IMG/VR virus record: IMGVR_UViG_2609459856_000009
Length of the DNA stretch: 34,234 nucleotides
Reading direction: 5' to 3' (one strand)
Source: a virus
Taxonomy: Duplodnaviria; Heunggongvirae; Uroviricota; Caudoviricetes
Shown here: in pieces, positions 29,997-34,234 of the stretch
Position numbering within the stretch: position 1 is the stretch's first letter
How the letters are laid out: the number at the start of each line of letters is the position of its first letter
Notes under the pieces: generated by a model
Database searches by the model: none
The model's input: the letters and a program-made list of their open reading frames with translations, nothing else
Told to the model about the DNA's origin: nothing
Program-made: the position numbers and the translations under genes

Positions 29997-31813
29997 AACG
30001 TGCTCCGAACTTAAAATACCAACCGCGCGACAAAATGACAGAAGTCATCATTTTTGCTGGCAGTGATGCCTGGAGCCATGCAAAAGAATGGAATGAATGG
30101 GCGGGTAAGCATATTGCAGCAGATGATACACCACCAGTCATTCTGGGTACGGAACAACTGGAAAACCTGGATGATATGCAAATTATCGATGAAGGCCGTC
30201 ATTATGTGCGTGTTTATCGTGCCGGAAAGATCGCAGAGAAAAATCTGACGAAGGTTGCGACATTACTTGCTATTGCAGGCGTAAAGGAAGCACGTTGTTA
30301 CCGTAGCTTTGTTGATCGAGAGCCTGAAGACTGGACTCCGCGCCTTGTCGGCCTAAAAGCTGAAGCGGAGCATGGGGAAAGTCTGGTGATTGAACTGCCA
30401 GTGAAGAAGGCAGAGCGCAAAAATGACGAGCGTGCTTCATCTTTGGCGTTGAATCAGATGGGGGCCAGCCAGCGCGGTGAAGTTCTCCTGGCACATTACG
30501 GCGGCGAACTGGCAATCAATGCCGACTCTGACACCGTTCATCATTACAACGGCGTTGTATGGGAGCCGGTTCAGGATAAAGAGTTACAGCGTGCTATGGC
30601 GCAGATTTTCATTGATGCGGAGATCAGCTATTCGCAGAACGCCATTAAATCGGCGGTAGATACCATGAAGTTAAGTTTGCCTGTAATGGGGAATACAGCC
30701 CGTAACCTGATTGGATTCAGTAACGGGGTATTTGATACCAGAACTGGTAATTTTCGGGAGCATAACAAAAACGACTGGTTGTTAATTGCCAGTGAATTAC
30801 CTTTCAGCCCACCAGCAGAGGGGGAAACGCTGGCAACACATGCGCCGAATTTCTGGAAGTGGTTGCGCCGTTCGGTGGCTGAGAATGACCGCAAGGCAGA
30901 TCGCGTACTGGCGGCATTATTCATGGTGCTGGCGAACCGGTACGACTGGCAGTTATTCATTGAGGTAACAGGGCCGGGGGGAAGTGGTAAAAGTGTGATG
31001 GCGGAGATTTGCACCATGCTGGCGGGTAAGGCTAATACAGTATCAGCAAGCATGAAGGCGCTGGAAGATGCAAGGGAACGTGCGTTAGTGGTTGGCTTTT
31101 CGCTGATTATCATGCCGGATATGACCCGCTACGCTGGTGATGGGGCAGGGATTAAGGCCATTACAGGCGGTGACAAGGTGGCAATTGACCCGAAACACAA
31201 AGCCCCCTATTCAACGCGTATTCCGGCAGTAGTGCTGGCGATTAACAATAACGCCATGTCATTCAGTGACCGCAGCGGGGGGATCTCACGTCGTCGGGTG
31301 ATATTCAATTTTTCGGAAGTTGTACCGGAGAACGAACGCGATTCGATGCTGGCGGAAAAAATAGAAGGTGAGCTGGCGGTAGTGATTCGCCATCTGCTTA
31401 CACGGTTTGCTGATCAGGACGAAGCCAGACGCCTGTTATATGAGCAGCAGAAATCTGAAGAAGCACTGGCGATAAAGCGAGAGGGGGATTCGCTGGTGGA
31501 CTTCTGCGGCTATCTCATGGCGTCGGTAATGTGTGATGGCCTGTTAGTGGGTAATGCTGAAATTGTGCCATTCAGCCCACGCAGGTATCTCTATCATGCC
31601 TATCTGGCTTATATGAGGGCACATGGGTTTGGTAAACCTGTAACACTGACGCGCTTCGGTAAAGATATGCCGGGGGCAATGGCGGAATATGGCAGGGAGT
31701 ATATGAAACGGAAAACGAAGCACGGTTTGCGTTCAAACGTGACACTGACGGAGGAATCAGAAGACTGGATGCCATCATGTGTATCGGTCACTAATGACGA
31801 TAGCAAAAATTAA
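29993..31813 (+). CDS. Replication primase-helicase (P4-alpha / D5-like C-terminal P-loop NTPase)
   Basis: 606-aa product with Walker A (EVTGPGGSGKS) and downstream helicase-like motifs; followed directly by an iteron array. Confidence 0.82.
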   Translation: MKRAPNLKYQPRDKMTEVIIFAGSDAWSHAKEWNEWAGKHIAADDTPPVILGTEQLENLDDMQIIDEGRHYVRVYRAGKIAEKNLTKVATLLAIAGVKEARCYRSFVDREPEDWTPRLVGLKAEAEHGESLVIELPVKKAERKNDERASSLALNQMGASQRGEVLLAHYGGELAINADSDTVHHYNGVVWEPVQDKELQRAMAQIFIDAEISYSQNAIKSAVDTMKLSLPVMGNTARNLIGFSNGVFDTRTGNFREHNKNDWLLIASELPFSPPAEGETLATHAPNFWKWLRRSVAENDRKADRVLAALFMVLANRYDWQLFIEVTGPGGSGKSVMAEICTMLAGKANTVSASMKALEDARERALVVGFSLIIMPDMTRYAGDGAGIKAITGGDKVAIDPKHKAPYSTRIPAVVLAINNNAMSFSDRSGGISRRRVIFNFSEVVPENERDSMLAEKIEGELAVVIRHLLTRFADQDEARRLLYEQQKSEEALAIKREGDSLVDFCGYLMASVMCDGLLVGNAEIVPFSPRRYLYHAYLAYMRAHGFGKPVTLTRFGKDMPGAMAEYGREYMKRKTKHGLRSNVTLTEESEDWMPSCVSVTNDDSKN

Positions 31814-31826
31814 ACTTATGGAATAA

Positions 31827-32056
31827 CTGTTCACCACTGTTCACCCTGTCATAAATATCTTTTATATCAGTATATTATAGGGTGAACAGTTATTTATGAA
31901 CTGTTCACCAAACTATTCACTGTTCACCTTTTTGATTGTTTATTGAGCTTCAAGGGTGAACAGTGGTGAACAGTTGGTGAATAGTTTTTGTGAAACTGTT
32001 CACCCATTAACATTATGAATTAAAAGAGAAAATATCAAAAGGTGAACAGGTGAAGG
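31827..32056. repeat. Iteron array, candidate origin of replication of the element
   Basis: About ten copies of the 9-mer CTGTTCACC or its complement GGTGAACAG in both orientations, several as tandem pairs, interspersed with AT-rich sequence, immediately downstream of the primase-helicase. Confidence 0.75.
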
Positions 32057-32100
32057 GTTAAAACGCAAAAATTTTAATTTACTGCTGTGAGATAAAGCCT

Positions 32101-32346
32101 ATGACAGCGAAGCACACAAAAAAATCACAATCGCACGCCCTTGATTTGACGGAACACTGGTTAAGGGTGTCGATAAAAATCATCGACCGCAACGCCGGGG
32201 AAGGATACGCGAAAGCACATCCCGAACTGATTAGCGCATTCATGACAACGGCGGCTGCAAACTTTGCCACTCTGACCGAACGGGAGATTGCTGAAGCGGA
32301 GGAAGTGACAACAATCAATATTAAGTCCGGAGAGCAGGCAGCATGA
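32101..32346 (+). CDS. Hypothetical protein
   Basis: 81-aa ORF whose stop overlaps the SSB-like gene start. Confidence 0.45.
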   Translation: MTAKHTKKSQSHALDLTEHWLRVSIKIIDRNAGEGYAKAHPELISAFMTTAAANFATLTEREIAEAEEVTTINIKSGEQAA

Positions 32347-32792
32347 CGGCGCAAATATCAGTTTACGGGCGGTTGGTGGACGACCCGCAGACAAAACAGA
32401 CCAGCAAGGGCACCCCCATGACGCTGGCGCGTATGGCGTTATCACTGCCCTGCAGTCAGTCGGATGACGGTCAGGCGACGATGTGGTTATCTGTCCTGGC
32501 GTTTGGCAGACAAGCCGACGCGCTGGCAAAGCATCACAAAGGCGAACTCCTGAGCGTGGCGGGTAATATGCAGGTGAGCCAGTGGACTGGACAGAACGGT
32601 GAAACGCGGCAGGGCTGGCAGGTTATCGCAGACAGCGTAATCAGTGCGCGAACGGTGCGACCGGGCGGCAAAAAAGGTCAACAGGGTCAGGCTACTGACG
32701 CACTGAACAGAGCAAAACAACAGGCAGATCAGCAAGGAAGCCATCCACCAGTGGGAGATAATGAACAATGGGGAGATGATATTCCGTTTTAA
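32343..32792 (+). CDS. ssb: Single-stranded DNA-binding protein (SSB-like, OB fold with acidic C-terminal tip)
   Basis: 149-aa product with SSB-like OB-fold segments, a Gly/Gln-rich tail and the hallmark C-terminus ...WGDDIPF. Confidence 0.8.
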   Translation: MTAQISVYGRLVDDPQTKQTSKGTPMTLARMALSLPCSQSDDGQATMWLSVLAFGRQADALAKHHKGELLSVAGNMQVSQWTGQNGETRQGWQVIADSVISARTVRPGGKKGQQGQATDALNRAKQQADQQGSHPPVGDNEQWGDDIPF

Positions 32793-32810
32793 ATATTGCC
32801 AATAAAAAAG

Positions 32811-32835
32811 GCCGGAAAAAAATAAATTTTCCGGC
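32811..32835. terminator. Hairpin or terminator after ssb
   Basis: GCCGGAAAA-aaataaa-TTTTCCGGC perfect 9-bp stem flanked by A/T runs. Confidence 0.5.
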
Positions 32836-33009
32836 ATGCTACATAAATCCCGACCAAAGGGAGTGAAGATATTAACACTAATTATCCGCGCTGAAGTTGT
32901 TATCCCAAAACTTTATACAACATTGCACTCGGTTGCATGTATTCGCATGACAAATATCGGTGATAGCATATATCCACAATTATTTTTAATGAATGCAAAG
33001 AGGATGCGT

Positions 33010-34234
<1,225 letters not shown>

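Overview
The window is the attL-proximal part of a mosaic lambdoid prophage (Escherichia-type), read in prophage order: int-xis, lambda-like early-left genes (orf63/orf60a/exo/bet/gam), PL, a two-gene low-GC operon in the rexAB slot, cI-like repressor, cro-like, ydaT-like, O (with internal iteron origin), P, ren, a DLP12-type cargo block (emrE, ybcK, ybcL, ybcM), ninB/ninE/ybcO/rusA/ylcG/Q, lysis cassette (holin, R, Rz/Rz1) with bor opposite, ybcV/ybcW/ylcI, cos, then lambda head genes Nu1-A-W-B-C/Nu3-D and a truncated E. The major capsid gene E is interrupted after codon 82 by an integrative satellite-like element: P4-family integrase, AlpA, an AT-rich membrane-protein cargo gene, an RHH regulator facing an operator-repeat array, Icd-like and small proteins, primase-helicase, a 9-bp iteron origin, SSB, and its own diverged E-family capsid gene. 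That capsid gene is in turn cut by an IS3-family element running off the window end. The two candidates I rank highest for an undescribed system are the rex-slot operon (5346-6064) and the capsid-gene-targeting satellite with its cargo (26105 onward). All protein identifications rest on my recall of lambda and E. coli K-12 DLP12 sequences plus motif reading; no database search was run. No tRNA, rRNA or CRISPR array was seen.
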